From: Minisyncoccota bacterium
Lineage (GTDB): Bacteria; Patescibacteriota; Minisyncoccia; Phycocordibacterales; Phycocordibacteraceae
NCBI GenBank assembly: GCA_036405415.1
Contig: DASWXP010000002.1
Location: 556,450 to 620,449, forward strand
DNA length: 64,000 nt
Reading direction: 5' to 3'
Shown here: piece by piece, positions 28,601 to 38,034 of the stretch
Layout of the letters: every line of letters begins with the position of its first letter
Numbering within the stretch: the first letter of the stretch is position 1
Translations under genes and position numbers: made by a program
The notes under the pieces: generated by a model
Told to the model about the DNA's origin: nothing
The model's database searches: none
Seen by the model: only the letters and a program-made list of their open reading frames with translations

Positions 28601-31600
28601 GCGTGGAACAGCACGACGAAGCGCTTCGAGTTCAACATGCCGGTCTTCTCCGCAAACGGCATCTTCACAAACGCGACCACGAGTAACCTAGCCGTTACGA
28701 ACTTCACGCTCGGCGGTTCCACCTTTACCTCGCTCCTCGGATCAGGACTCTCGAACGTTGGGGGCGCACTTACCGCAGACCTCGGCGCGCTCGACGACAC
28801 GTTCTTCAGGCAGGACGGGAACTCTTTCGGCGCTACCGCAATCCTTGGCACGAACGACAATAACAATCTCGCGTTTGAGACGAACGGGTCCACGAAGATG
28901 ACCCTCCTTGCCAACGGCTACCTCGGTATCGGCACCACCTCTCCGACGACCCCGCTTTACGTCTCGAGCGACTTCCCGCGCATCACCATCGACAGGAATA
29001 CGAACAACAGCGGCAACTCGCTCATACTCTTCAACCAGGAGTCCGTACTCAAGGCCGGGATAGGAATCGCCGGAGGAACCAACGGCGTGATTGCTGGAAG
29101 CGTATCCGGAGACCTCGTCGCGCGCACTCAGGGAGGGAACATGTACTTCTCGAACGATGGCACGGGAGCGACCTCGCAGCTCTCGATTATCAATAACGGG
29201 AACGTCGGTATCGGTACCGTGACGCCATCGACGCTCTTGCATCTTCATACGGCCGGCGGAGGTGACGCACCTCGCCTTAAGTTCACGAACGGCACCACCG
29301 GCACGACCGCGACAGACGGCGCGTTCGTGGGCATCTCGAACACCTCGCAGCTCGATGTGTGGAACTTCGAGAGCAATTCCTTGCGGTTTGCCACAGCGAA
29401 CACCCTGCGGATGGTAATCGATGCTACGGGAAATGTAGGAGTAGGAACCTCGTCTCCAGCTTTCGCGGCGATATCAGCCCGGTATCTGGCGGTTGACGGG
29501 TCAAGTCTCGGAGCGGATATTCCTGGTGCGGTCGGTGCCGGAGGCAACATCACAGGAACTACGAATAACATCGGCCAGTTTGCGTTCTACAACAACGCGC
29601 TTTCAACCGCAGAGAAGCGCAACGCGACGATTGTAGGAACGAACGACGGGGCGCTCAATAGCGGTCTCATCAGATTCTTCACGGCGAATGCGGGCACGCT
29701 AGGCGAACGCATGCGCATCACGTCAACCGGCAACATCGGTATCGGCACCACAACTCCGGATCGAATGCTCTCTGTGGCGGGTACGGGACTCTTCACCGGC
29801 CTCACGACCTTCCTCTCCGGCTTTGACATCGGAGGCTCGACGTTCACGTCGCTTCTCGGGAGCGGCCTCACTAACGTAGGCGGCGCGCTTACGCTTGACC
29901 GCACGGGAGACTGGACCGGAACATTCGATGGACAGGAGGGGTCGTACTATCTTGCGCGCGCGAACCATACCGGTACGCAGCTAGCGTCTACCATCTCTGA
30001 TTTCGCAAGCACCGCGCGCGGACTCTTCAGCTCGACCGCGACGGGCCTTACCTATACTTCAGGCACGGGCGTCTTTTCTCTGACATCAGGCTACGAGATT
30101 CCGCTGACCGCTTCAACTACCAATTGGAACACCTTCTATAACACCCCTTCGACCCGCATCACCGCAGGTTCTGGCCTTGCATGGGCAGGCAACACGCTCT
30201 CAGCAGACCTTAATACCCTCGACGACACGTTCTTCAGGCAAGACGGCAATTCCTTCGGAACGACCGCAACGCTTGGTACGAATGACAGCAATGCGCTCGC
30301 ACTTGAGACCAATGGATCAACCCGGCTCACCATCACGTCCTCAGGGAACGTCGGTATCGGAACGAGCTCGCCGACGCATGCACTGTCCGTAAACGGAAAT
30401 GCCTATATACAAGGAGGAATCGGAAGCGGCATCGAGCCGGCTTCAGTGCCGGGCATACTCTTGCTTAACCGCACGGGCGGCGATCCGGCCATAGTGTTCT
30501 ACGAGAATGGTTCCCAGGTCGGACAGCTGCGCGGAGACGGCACCAACAACAAGATCCAGTTCAGTAACGCGCTCGCAACCCGCTTCCCGTTCACTCTTGA
30601 TCTGACGACAGAGAACATCGGTATCGGCACCACAACTCCGGAGGGCCGCCTTACGCTTGTGGCGAGCTCGACAGGAGACTCGCTTGTCATCGCAAGCTCG
30701 ACCGGCGCTCGGCAGCTTACGGTCAATACGAATGGCTCCCTAATCTTCTCTTCAAGCGGGCAGTCCTACAAGCAGGTTACGGGCGTAGATGAGGACGGGC
30801 CTTCGATCTTCCTTAACCGCACGCTCGGCAATGAAGCCACGGCAAACGAGCACGGCATCATAGACCGCAACACCTTCACGCGCGCGACCAAGGCCTATAA
30901 CTCGTACGACTCACAGCCGTACTTTACGGGTACGAACGACTACGATCACTACGCAGGATTCCAAGCCCGGGGCGCGATGAACTCGACCGGCACGCTCAGC
31001 CGTTATCACGGCTTCGCATCGACGCCGAATGTCGCCGCTGGTACGGTGACGAACCTGTACGGCTACAGCGTCTACGACGCGGTCGGTGCCGGAACGGTGA
31101 CGAACAACTACGGCCTCCACGTACAGAACCTTACGAAGGGAACGAATAACTTCGCGATATACACCGACGGAACTACAAAGTCCTATTTCGGCGGAAACGT
31201 CGGCATCGGTACCACATCTCCAGCGTCACTACTCCACGTCTCTTCTAACACATCTACGAGTTTTACCGTCGAGCGCGATAGCGTTACTGATCCTGGAAAG
31301 ATCCAGCTCATTACTGAATCGGCAGAGAACAGCATTTACTCGAGAACTAACACAACAGCCGCAAAGAACTTGCGATTTGTAATCGGTACTGCCGAGCGAA
31401 TGCGCATCGATACGTTAGGCAATGTCGGTATCGGAACGACGTCGCCATCCCGACTGCTCTCCGTTGGTGATGACGGAACATACTCCGCGTACTTCTCCGG
31501 TCGCGTGGGTATCGGAACGACATCGCCTACCCGCGGTCTAGTTCTTACTTCTGCAACAACGGTTAACGCAGCCCTCCAGCTTGCTTATACGGCCTCAGGC

Positions 31601-34600
31601 GGACGCACCTGGGACATCAATCCGTTCCGAAACGGCGTGAGCAATGCCGGATTCGAGATTTACGATGTCACCGCAGGAGCGAGCCGCATTGCGATTGACG
31701 CGTCAGGGAACGTAGGTATCGGCACTACATCTCCTTCTGCGAAGCTTGATGTGTACGGGAACGCAATCCTTTCATCGGCAGGCTCTACCCTCAGTTTCGT
31801 TAAGAGCGGCGCAGGAGAGACGCCTGCAATCCTCTTTACGCACTCGACGAATGCCGGCGGCTCCCGCATAGTCTCGAGCGGCTCGAACGCGCAGGCGCTG
31901 ATCATCGATCTTGATCAAGATGCAACCTCAAATTTCGATGCATTCAGCATCAGGGCGAACAATACGAGCACGCGATTCCACATTGATAATGCGGGGAATG
32001 TCGGTATCGGCACCACATCTCCATTCGCCAAGCTTCATGTATATGGCGGCGCATCAGGAGTTACTACGCCTTCTGCTACCGCAGACGATTTCGTTGTTGA
32101 AGGCAGCTCGACGAGCCAGAACGGCTTTTCGCTCCTCGGTCCCGACAGCGCGTACGCTTACCAAGTATTCGGTTCTCCCTCAGACAGCTTTGGCGCGTTC
32201 TCGCGGTGGAACTTTAATAATAAGCTTTTTGAAATAGGAACCGCAGATGACACCGGTGCCGCAGACCTTGCCTTCGTGACCGGAAACTCTTCCGAGAAAA
32301 TGCGCATTCTTGATAATGGGAATGTCGGTATCGGCACAACCACGCCAGGGCAGCTGCTCCATGTATATGGCGGAACGAACCCGGCTATCCGCGTTACCGG
32401 AAGCGGCAACACGAGCGCGTACATGGACATTGCAACCGATGGAACCGGCACGGCTCAGACGCGATACATAACAGGGAATACGGCACGGTGGGCCGTAGGT
32501 GTCGACCCGGCAGCGAATAACAATTTCGTGTTCGCGAATAGCTCCGCTGTTACGAGCGGTCAAAGGATGGTGCTTACGACTTCTGGAAATCTCGGTATCG
32601 GCACTGTCGCGCCGCAGACGGCACTTTCTTTCGCGACAACGTCTGCCGCATCCGGCATAACGCTCTATCAGACAGCTGACGAGACGACGAATTACGCGCG
32701 GGGACGCATGTACTACAACGGAAGCGTGTTTACGCTTCGCACGGAAAAGGCAGGATCAGGAGCCGATACGCCGCTCAGTATCTACCCATCAAACGGCATC
32801 GCGAATATCTACTTCTCAACATTAGGCACAGATGGAAATACCGGCTTCGTGCAGATCGGCGCTGCCAATAACACACAGAACCGCATCAGCGTGCATCTCG
32901 GTGTCGGCTCGCACGGCGCTTCTGTAGGAACGCAGACACAGGTCGCTATCCAGCCTACGATTGCGCAGGCTGGAACTGCGAACTACATTGCGCTCTCCAT
33001 CAAGCCGACCGAATCATCGCTCGGATCCGGAAGCAGCTATCTGTTCCAGGCGGGGACCGCAGCCAATCCTGGGATGTTTAACATCACGAATGCTGGAAAC
33101 GTGGGTATTGGAAACTCGAATCCTGGCTCGCTTCTGAATGTTTCTACCGATACGGTCGGCGCAGCAGCTTTCATGGTCAATACTGTAACGGGGGGCCAGG
33201 CACGATGGCAGATTACAGCGGCAGGTTCGCCAACAACCTCGCGCTTCATAATGTCTGCGCGAGACAGCTCGAACAACACTGCTGTGTCCATCGATCCAAC
33301 GGGAACAACCTATTTCAATACTGGAGGCAATTTCGGTATTGGCACTTCCAGCCCGTCACGCAAGCTTACGGTTGAAGGCGACGCATCTGTCTTGTTCCGC
33401 CTCGATCGAACCACGACGGTTAACAGCTATAATACGATTCAATTCAACAGCCCTTGGACAGGTGGAAGCTACACAGCACAGATAGGAACGAAGGCAGAAA
33501 GTACGTATGCCAATAGCTACACGTACATCTCGGCTGATAATACGAACATTCACCTCGCGGTAACCACTGCGGGTAACGTGGGCATCGGCACCGTCAGTCC
33601 AACCGACAAGCTTGCGGTGCTCGGAGACACGAATGGATACATAAACGCTCGCGTACGCAATGATAATGCCGGATCTTCAGCGTATGCGATGATCGGCATC
33701 AATGCTTCAGGCAACTCCTGGGGCATGCGCATGGGGTCTGCAGCAAACAACAGCAACAGGCTTGATTTCGTCTCAGACGCCTTCGGTACGCCTGTAGAAA
33801 GGTTGAGCATCACGACAGCAGGAAACGTCGGTATAGGTACCACGACTCCTACCGCACTGTTCCAGGTAGGAAGCGCGACTCAACGCGGCTTCAAAGTGTA
33901 TGGAAATAATAGTCCTTATGGGACGGTGCTCGCCGGTGATGCTGGTGGTTGGGCGTTTGGGTATAATTTTGAAGGTAATGCAGGAGCAGCTCTCGGTGGA
34001 TTCGGAGCGTTAGGGAACTCAAATAGCCTGGACAGTTACTATATCGGTACGTTCGCGAATCAGAGGATGACTATCCTTAGCGGGGGTAATGTCGGTATCG
34101 GGACTACAAGCCCGTACGCTGGACTCACGATTGCCCGCGGAGGCGGTACTGCAGCATTTGCCGACACAATCCTTTCGCTAAACAGCTCATCGAATGTTGA
34201 GCGATTCAGATTCTCCGGAGACGGTTCGATGCAGTGGGGAACAGGTGCGGCAAACGGCATCCTTTCTTGGGATACAAATCTCGCGATAGTGGGGGGAAGC
34301 GCAGGGAACGCCCTTTCTCTACGTGCGAACAATGCAGACGTTGTCCGCATAACAACTGCAGGCAACGTCGGCATCGGCAACTCGGCGCCAACCACACCAC
34401 TTGATACGCAGGGCATAATCACGACGCGCTCCGCGGCAGCGGATACGCCGGGCGCGCCAACCGAAAGCATTCGCATGTCGCTTACGGGATATTCGCCAAC
34501 AGACAGATATAGGAATTCGATATTCAACTCGGTATCGACCATCCCCGCTTCTTCGGTAATGCAGTTCAGGGTTAATAATGGTGATACGACGCAGGCGACG

Positions 34601-37600
34601 GTAATGACGCTGCTGGGCAATGGAAACGTAGGCGTCGGCATCACGAATCCAAGCTACCGATTCACCGTTCAGGATACGACGACAGACGGTATCGCAGGAC
34701 GATTCTCTCAGTCAGGAACGGGCACGCCCTTTGGTGTCTACTCGTCAGCAACAGGCGCGGGAACGCAGAACGTTGCCGGCTACTTCCAGACAAGCGGCGC
34801 AACTACGAATATCGGCGTAAGTGCTGACGTTGCGTCAGGCGCGAACAACTACGCCTTCTACGCAGCCAATACTGCAAAATCGTACTTCGCAGGCAACGTC
34901 GGCATCGGCGTTACGAGTCCCGCAAGCCAACTCACGGTTGGAAAGACAACCGGAGGTGTCATATCGATCACGACCGCAGGAACCGCGGGTACCACCGCCT
35001 CGCCGCTTCCGGCGACCCTCAACTTCGTTGGGTACGGAGAAGTCACCAAGGGCGCTATCAGCGTGCAGGACCGAACCGGAAACGTCCTCGGAGGATGGAT
35101 GAAGTTCCAGACCGCCGACAGCTCTGACGTGCTTCAGGACCGAGTAATGATAGATAGGGCGGGCAACTTCGGTATCAATACGATGACGCCGCAGGCAACG
35201 CTCGTGGTGGGCGGCGCGCAGAGCGGCAATGCAGGCCTCGAGATCGTTCCAGGCTCCGGCATCGTCGCGCAGTCGTACAACCGAAACACAAGCGCGTATG
35301 CAAGCCTCAGCTTCGACGCGTCAGCAATCGCATTCCGCCCGAGCGGCTCGACCATGCTTACGGTCAACGGCGCAGGAGCTGCGGTGGGAACCGCGAGCGT
35401 CTCTGACCGCTTCGTCGTGGAGGTCGCGACCAATAAGCGTCTCGGTGTAGAAGAGATCACGAGCTCGGCAATCAGCGACTTCTCGACGGGCGGCGCGAGC
35501 ATCCAGTTCTCGCGCGCGAGCGATGGGGCAGATAACCTGACCGGTATATTCACCTACAACAATTCCGGAAACACGAGCATTAACCTCGCCATGGCAGCAC
35601 GCAGCGACTTGGTGTTCGCAGCTGGCGGAGGCGCAGCGTACACGAACTCTCCAGAGCGCATGCGCATAACGAGTTCCGGTAACGTCGGTATCGCTACGTC
35701 CACTCCTGGCCAGGCGCTCACGGTTGCAGGAAGCACGTACATAACCGGAGGTCTTGGCATCGGTAACGTCAACACGACTGCAGGCTCGCTCCTCACCACC
35801 TCGCACATAACGATGGGAACGCTCTCGCAGTTCTCTGCTGCAGGCGGCTCAGCACTCACGTCGCCAGCAAACGGCGTATGGCGCGTAACCAACAACGCAG
35901 GAACCGACTTCAGTCGCTTCCAGTTCGGCGGAGGCACTTCAGCATTCCCGTCTATCAAGCGCAATGGCGCAGGTCTCGACTTCCGCCTGGCGGATGATTC
36001 CGGATATGCGACCACGACCCATCAGGGCGGTCTCTTCCTTGGAAATGTCGGTGTGGGAACCACGACGCCAGGGTACAGGCTTAGTGTTGGAGGCGATATC
36101 AATTTTACCGGCAGCCTTTATCAGAACGGCGTCGCGTTCGGCGGCTCGTCACAGTGGACGACGAGCGGAAGTAACATCTACTACAACACTGGCAATGTCT
36201 CGATTGGTACGACCACAACGTCATCCACAACGAAGCTCTTCGTGGTAGGTCCGAACACTGGTACTGTCGCATTCTCGGTTGGCGATAGGTTTAGGGTTGA
36301 TGGCCTAGGAAATCTTTTCTGGGGCCAAACCGCAGGAACTGTTAGCGGCATTCTTTCATCTGCTGCGAATGGTGACGTAACGATGGGTTCTCAGTTTGCT
36401 AATAGAGACTTGTACATTCAGACAAGTGCATTTAACGCTATCCAAATCTACGGAGGTGTTACCGGCACGCTAGGAAACATCAAGCTTGGCGCATATGGAG
36501 CGGGTACACTCCAGACAGACGGTGCCGGAAACGTCACTGCTTCATCGGATGAGCGCCTCAAGGATATTCAAGGCAATTTCTCGAGAGGGCTTGCAGATCT
36601 CATGGCCATAAATCCGATTAATTACCGATGGAACGCAGCTTCAGGGTTCGATACTGAAGGCATGTACAGCGGATTCTCAGCACAGAACGTCAAAGATTCT
36701 ATCCCTGAAGCGGTAGGAACAGATCCGAGGGGATATCTGACGTTGTCGGATCGACCAATACTTGCTGCTACCGTGAACGCAGTGAAGGAGCTCAATGTCC
36801 GCACGCTTTCACTCGCACCAGCGGCTCAGAACCAGGAAGCACACTCGCTCGCGGTATCCGCAGACGCGTCCGTAGCAGGCCTCCTCACGGTCTCCGGCAC
36901 CGGCTCATTCCTCGGTACCGTAGAAGCAGCGTCATTCCTGACGACTGCAGACGCAGGACTTCCTGAGAACGTGCTCACGGCAGGTCAGGCAGACCTCTAC
37001 AAGATGGCGCGCTTCGCCATCTCAGAGATCAAGGACCTCAAGGAGCGCACGGACCTCCTTGCGGTACGCATCGACGACATCGAGACCCGTGTTGCCGCGC
37101 TCGAGGCACAGGGACAGAGCGCCTCCTCGACCATGGCCGGGGCCGTTGGCCTCACGGCAAGTTCCCTCAAGAGCGCGCTCGAATCCTTCGGTATCTTCAT
37201 CGAGAACGGCATCGCGCAGTTCAATACGCTCGTATTCCGACAGCTCGCGGTTGCCAAGGACGAAGCGGGCGACTCTTCCGCAGGCAGCGTAACCATCCTC
37301 GCGGGCAACACCGTGACGCAGGTGCAGAACCCGTACGTGCTCCCGACCTCAAAGGTATTCGTCACCTTCACGAGCCCGGTGGTTGGCGCGTGGTACATCA
37401 GCCACAAGGAAGCAGGCAGCTTCCGCGTGACGCTCGCCGAGTCCCAGCCTTCTGACGTCTCCTTCGACTACTTCATCCTCCAGACCGAAGGCCAGCTCGC
37501 AAGCCCGGGCGCCGCAGGACCGAGTCAGCAGAACCAGGTCCCGACGCCGGCACCGCAGCCGTTCCAGCCGGTGTTCCCGCAGGACGGGGGAACCACGACG

Positions 37601-37981
37601 CCAGCAACCTCAGGCGACACCACGCCGCCATCCATCTCGCTTAACGGAAGCGCCGCTATCGAAGTAGGGCAGGGAGGCTCTTGGAACGATCAGGGCGCAA
37701 CAGCTTCAGACGACGTTGACGGCGACCTCTCGAGCCATATTCAGGTATCAGGCTCCGTTGATACGGCAACGCCTGGCCTCTACACCGTCACGTACTCCGT
37801 ATCGGACGCTGCGGGTAATCAGGCGAACGTATCACGCATCGTGACGGTTACTGCAGCGCCACAGGCACCAGCACCAGCTCCAGCTCCGGCTCCGGTGCCT
37901 ACACCGACTCCGGAACCAGCTCCGGCTCCAGCACCTGAACCTGCTCCAGCTCCGGAACCAGCACCGGCACCCTCCGTATAG
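25688..37981 (+). CDS. Giant (4097 aa) surface fibre protein: HTH, hydrophobic helix, Ala-rich region, Thr/Asn-rich segment, about 25 GNVGIGT repeats, peptidase S74 chaperone, coiled coil, DUF5011/Ig-like domain, Pro/Ala tail
   Basis: Uninterrupted 12.3-kb ORF; HTH LISTKDASALSGYTSDYLSRLCREGKIDGTQVGRTWLV; S74 signature SSDERLKDI..INPINYRWN..GFSAQNV..IPEAV; DUF5011-like DTTPPSISLNG..GATASDDVDGD..PGLYTVTYSVSDAAGN. Confidence 0.85.
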   Translation: MNKLLQEKLISTKDASALSGYTSDYLSRLCREGKIDGTQVGRTWLVDRDSLEKFIATQIDRKAELAESLAREREREYRLSNTKSISMTRSMERGTRDAVNSVVAAFAKARLPHGMPAFSGTAVAMALTAIVLAGSAAAAGSGVVARMGAGLLAAALEARVQVLEGAHSLAIDSLAHRETLAETAREDLALDENAFANVQSIKLEEVSSALTLAMRDVHAPVAPTQIAYERAEEISATYASDTTFAESAKAIGSAVQNPNVTASVVADGLMRTYASVGALALRDIETTLSAHEDAVTAAGEGLFALSTGMRDGARTLPLAVGSAFIRASDASLSLYEQGVYGFAALSQDVPHTLVAAALDTGSMVGGLTQLAVTAAPRAYEDGMISFSEETSQLGMRISEGSFALGANSHGLVSGLLIAEDRAIAGFMRSASDTVALAPAGTGSASAQQGIDLVPSAITNEVLGIVGNIALSIENLEGDMLTASPLASLNLDAFVPGFLKNVTAVLARAFDSALHGILGPLAGFFGAGEEAGIAIIPGDGANIPGPGDRGSSEASIVYNGPVTIIRNEYPSVTYGGVPQAYVDERFDFLRRTLYNRIEDVADDDDVGITTLDGQTGNDMLLNNPTIVGGTITDSELDVATSTVTGSFTVNGNASITGDLTATNATTTNFYATAGSFASATIDVLTAPSATIANLIVTNSTTTNATSTNLYVSNLAGLVATITDAFFTNVTASLATLTNAVVTTLTATNATLTNATSTNATTTGSLALTYVTPSRLLSVDAFGKVVATNLASWVTGSANQITVTDTGAGGIQLSLPSVLVFGTSSPTTLAGNGATSTFGGGIYAPRIEAGEYIAGPYVLATSTTATSAFSGNIAIGRNATIGTSASDSLVVNATVGSNFVPSLNNAYDLGSAANNWRRIYVDEVVANNLSAASTSIAGTVSSDFSINSDNASNDTEDMSLTFNRGVASPNAILAWNSTTKRFEFNMPVFSANGIFTNATTSNLAVTNFTLGGSTFTSLLGSGLSNVGGALTADLGALDDTFFRQDGNSFGATAILGTNDNNNLAFETNGSTKMTLLANGYLGIGTTSPTTPLYVSSDFPRITIDRNTNNSGNSLILFNQESVLKAGIGIAGGTNGVIAGSVSGDLVARTQGGNMYFSNDGTGATSQLSIINNGNVGIGTVTPSTLLHLHTAGGGDAPRLKFTNGTTGTTATDGAFVGISNTSQLDVWNFESNSLRFATANTLRMVIDATGNVGVGTSSPAFAAISARYLAVDGSSLGADIPGAVGAGGNITGTTNNIGQFAFYNNALSTAEKRNATIVGTNDGALNSGLIRFFTANAGTLGERMRITSTGNIGIGTTTPDRMLSVAGTGLFTGLTTFLSGFDIGGSTFTSLLGSGLTNVGGALTLDRTGDWTGTFDGQEGSYYLARANHTGTQLASTISDFASTARGLFSSTATGLTYTSGTGVFSLTSGYEIPLTASTTNWNTFYNTPSTRITAGSGLAWAGNTLSADLNTLDDTFFRQDGNSFGTTATLGTNDSNALALETNGSTRLTITSSGNVGIGTSSPTHALSVNGNAYIQGGIGSGIEPASVPGILLLNRTGGDPAIVFYENGSQVGQLRGDGTNNKIQFSNALATRFPFTLDLTTENIGIGTTTPEGRLTLVASSTGDSLVIASSTGARQLTVNTNGSLIFSSSGQSYKQVTGVDEDGPSIFLNRTLGNEATANEHGIIDRNTFTRATKAYNSYDSQPYFTGTNDYDHYAGFQARGAMNSTGTLSRYHGFASTPNVAAGTVTNLYGYSVYDAVGAGTVTNNYGLHVQNLTKGTNNFAIYTDGTTKSYFGGNVGIGTTSPASLLHVSSNTSTSFTVERDSVTDPGKIQLITESAENSIYSRTNTTAAKNLRFVIGTAERMRIDTLGNVGIGTTSPSRLLSVGDDGTYSAYFSGRVGIGTTSPTRGLVLTSATTVNAALQLAYTASGGRTWDINPFRNGVSNAGFEIYDVTAGASRIAIDASGNVGIGTTSPSAKLDVYGNAILSSAGSTLSFVKSGAGETPAILFTHSTNAGGSRIVSSGSNAQALIIDLDQDATSNFDAFSIRANNTSTRFHIDNAGNVGIGTTSPFAKLHVYGGASGVTTPSATADDFVVEGSSTSQNGFSLLGPDSAYAYQVFGSPSDSFGAFSRWNFNNKLFEIGTADDTGAADLAFVTGNSSEKMRILDNGNVGIGTTTPGQLLHVYGGTNPAIRVTGSGNTSAYMDIATDGTGTAQTRYITGNTARWAVGVDPAANNNFVFANSSAVTSGQRMVLTTSGNLGIGTVAPQTALSFATTSAASGITLYQTADETTNYARGRMYYNGSVFTLRTEKAGSGADTPLSIYPSNGIANIYFSTLGTDGNTGFVQIGAANNTQNRISVHLGVGSHGASVGTQTQVAIQPTIAQAGTANYIALSIKPTESSLGSGSSYLFQAGTAANPGMFNITNAGNVGIGNSNPGSLLNVSTDTVGAAAFMVNTVTGGQARWQITAAGSPTTSRFIMSARDSSNNTAVSIDPTGTTYFNTGGNFGIGTSSPSRKLTVEGDASVLFRLDRTTTVNSYNTIQFNSPWTGGSYTAQIGTKAESTYANSYTYISADNTNIHLAVTTAGNVGIGTVSPTDKLAVLGDTNGYINARVRNDNAGSSAYAMIGINASGNSWGMRMGSAANNSNRLDFVSDAFGTPVERLSITTAGNVGIGTTTPTALFQVGSATQRGFKVYGNNSPYGTVLAGDAGGWAFGYNFEGNAGAALGGFGALGNSNSLDSYYIGTFANQRMTILSGGNVGIGTTSPYAGLTIARGGGTAAFADTILSLNSSSNVERFRFSGDGSMQWGTGAANGILSWDTNLAIVGGSAGNALSLRANNADVVRITTAGNVGIGNSAPTTPLDTQGIITTRSAAADTPGAPTESIRMSLTGYSPTDRYRNSIFNSVSTIPASSVMQFRVNNGDTTQATVMTLLGNGNVGVGITNPSYRFTVQDTTTDGIAGRFSQSGTGTPFGVYSSATGAGTQNVAGYFQTSGATTNIGVSADVASGANNYAFYAANTAKSYFAGNVGIGVTSPASQLTVGKTTGGVISITTAGTAGTTASPLPATLNFVGYGEVTKGAISVQDRTGNVLGGWMKFQTADSSDVLQDRVMIDRAGNFGINTMTPQATLVVGGAQSGNAGLEIVPGSGIVAQSYNRNTSAYASLSFDASAIAFRPSGSTMLTVNGAGAAVGTASVSDRFVVEVATNKRLGVEEITSSAISDFSTGGASIQFSRASDGADNLTGIFTYNNSGNTSINLAMAARSDLVFAAGGGAAYTNSPERMRITSSGNVGIATSTPGQALTVAGSTYITGGLGIGNVNTTAGSLLTTSHITMGTLSQFSAAGGSALTSPANGVWRVTNNAGTDFSRFQFGGGTSAFPSIKRNGAGLDFRLADDSGYATTTHQGGLFLGNVGVGTTTPGYRLSVGGDINFTGSLYQNGVAFGGSSQWTTSGSNIYYNTGNVSIGTTTTSSTTKLFVVGPNTGTVAFSVGDRFRVDGLGNLFWGQTAGTVSGILSSAANGDVTMGSQFANRDLYIQTSAFNAIQIYGGVTGTLGNIKLGAYGAGTLQTDGAGNVTASSDERLKDIQGNFSRGLADLMAINPINYRWNAASGFDTEGMYSGFSAQNVKDSIPEAVGTDPRGYLTLSDRPILAATVNAVKELNVRTLSLAPAAQNQEAHSLAVSADASVAGLLTVSGTGSFLGTVEAASFLTTADAGLPENVLTAGQADLYKMARFAISEIKDLKERTDLLAVRIDDIETRVAALEAQGQSASSTMAGAVGLTASSLKSALESFGIFIENGIAQFNTLVFRQLAVAKDEAGDSSAGSVTILAGNTVTQVQNPYVLPTSKVFVTFTSPVVGAWYISHKEAGSFRVTLAESQPSDVSFDYFILQTEGQLASPGAAGPSQQNQVPTPAPQPFQPVFPQDGGTTTPATSGDTTPPSISLNGSAAIEVGQGGSWNDQGATASDDVDGDLSSHIQVSGSVDTATPGLYTVTYSVSDAAGNQANVSRIVTVTAAPQAPAPAPAPAPVPTPTPEPAPAPAPEPAPAPEPAPAPSV

Positions 37982-38034
37982 CGAAGGGTAGGGATGGTAG
38001 ACTTTATCCATATTCAGGTATCAAACGTACATCT

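Noticed and set aside
24225-37981. Prophage, suggested by excisionase-like HTHs and a tail-fibre chaperone
   Set aside because: No integrase, terminase, capsid, portal or lysis genes and no att repeats seen; flanked directly by gatB and gap
8600-37981. Accessory SecA2/serine-rich-repeat adhesin locus (GT-D + SecA + giant protein)
   Set aside because: No secY2, asp or gtfAB genes; SecA looks housekeeping and sits among murB, obgE and gatB
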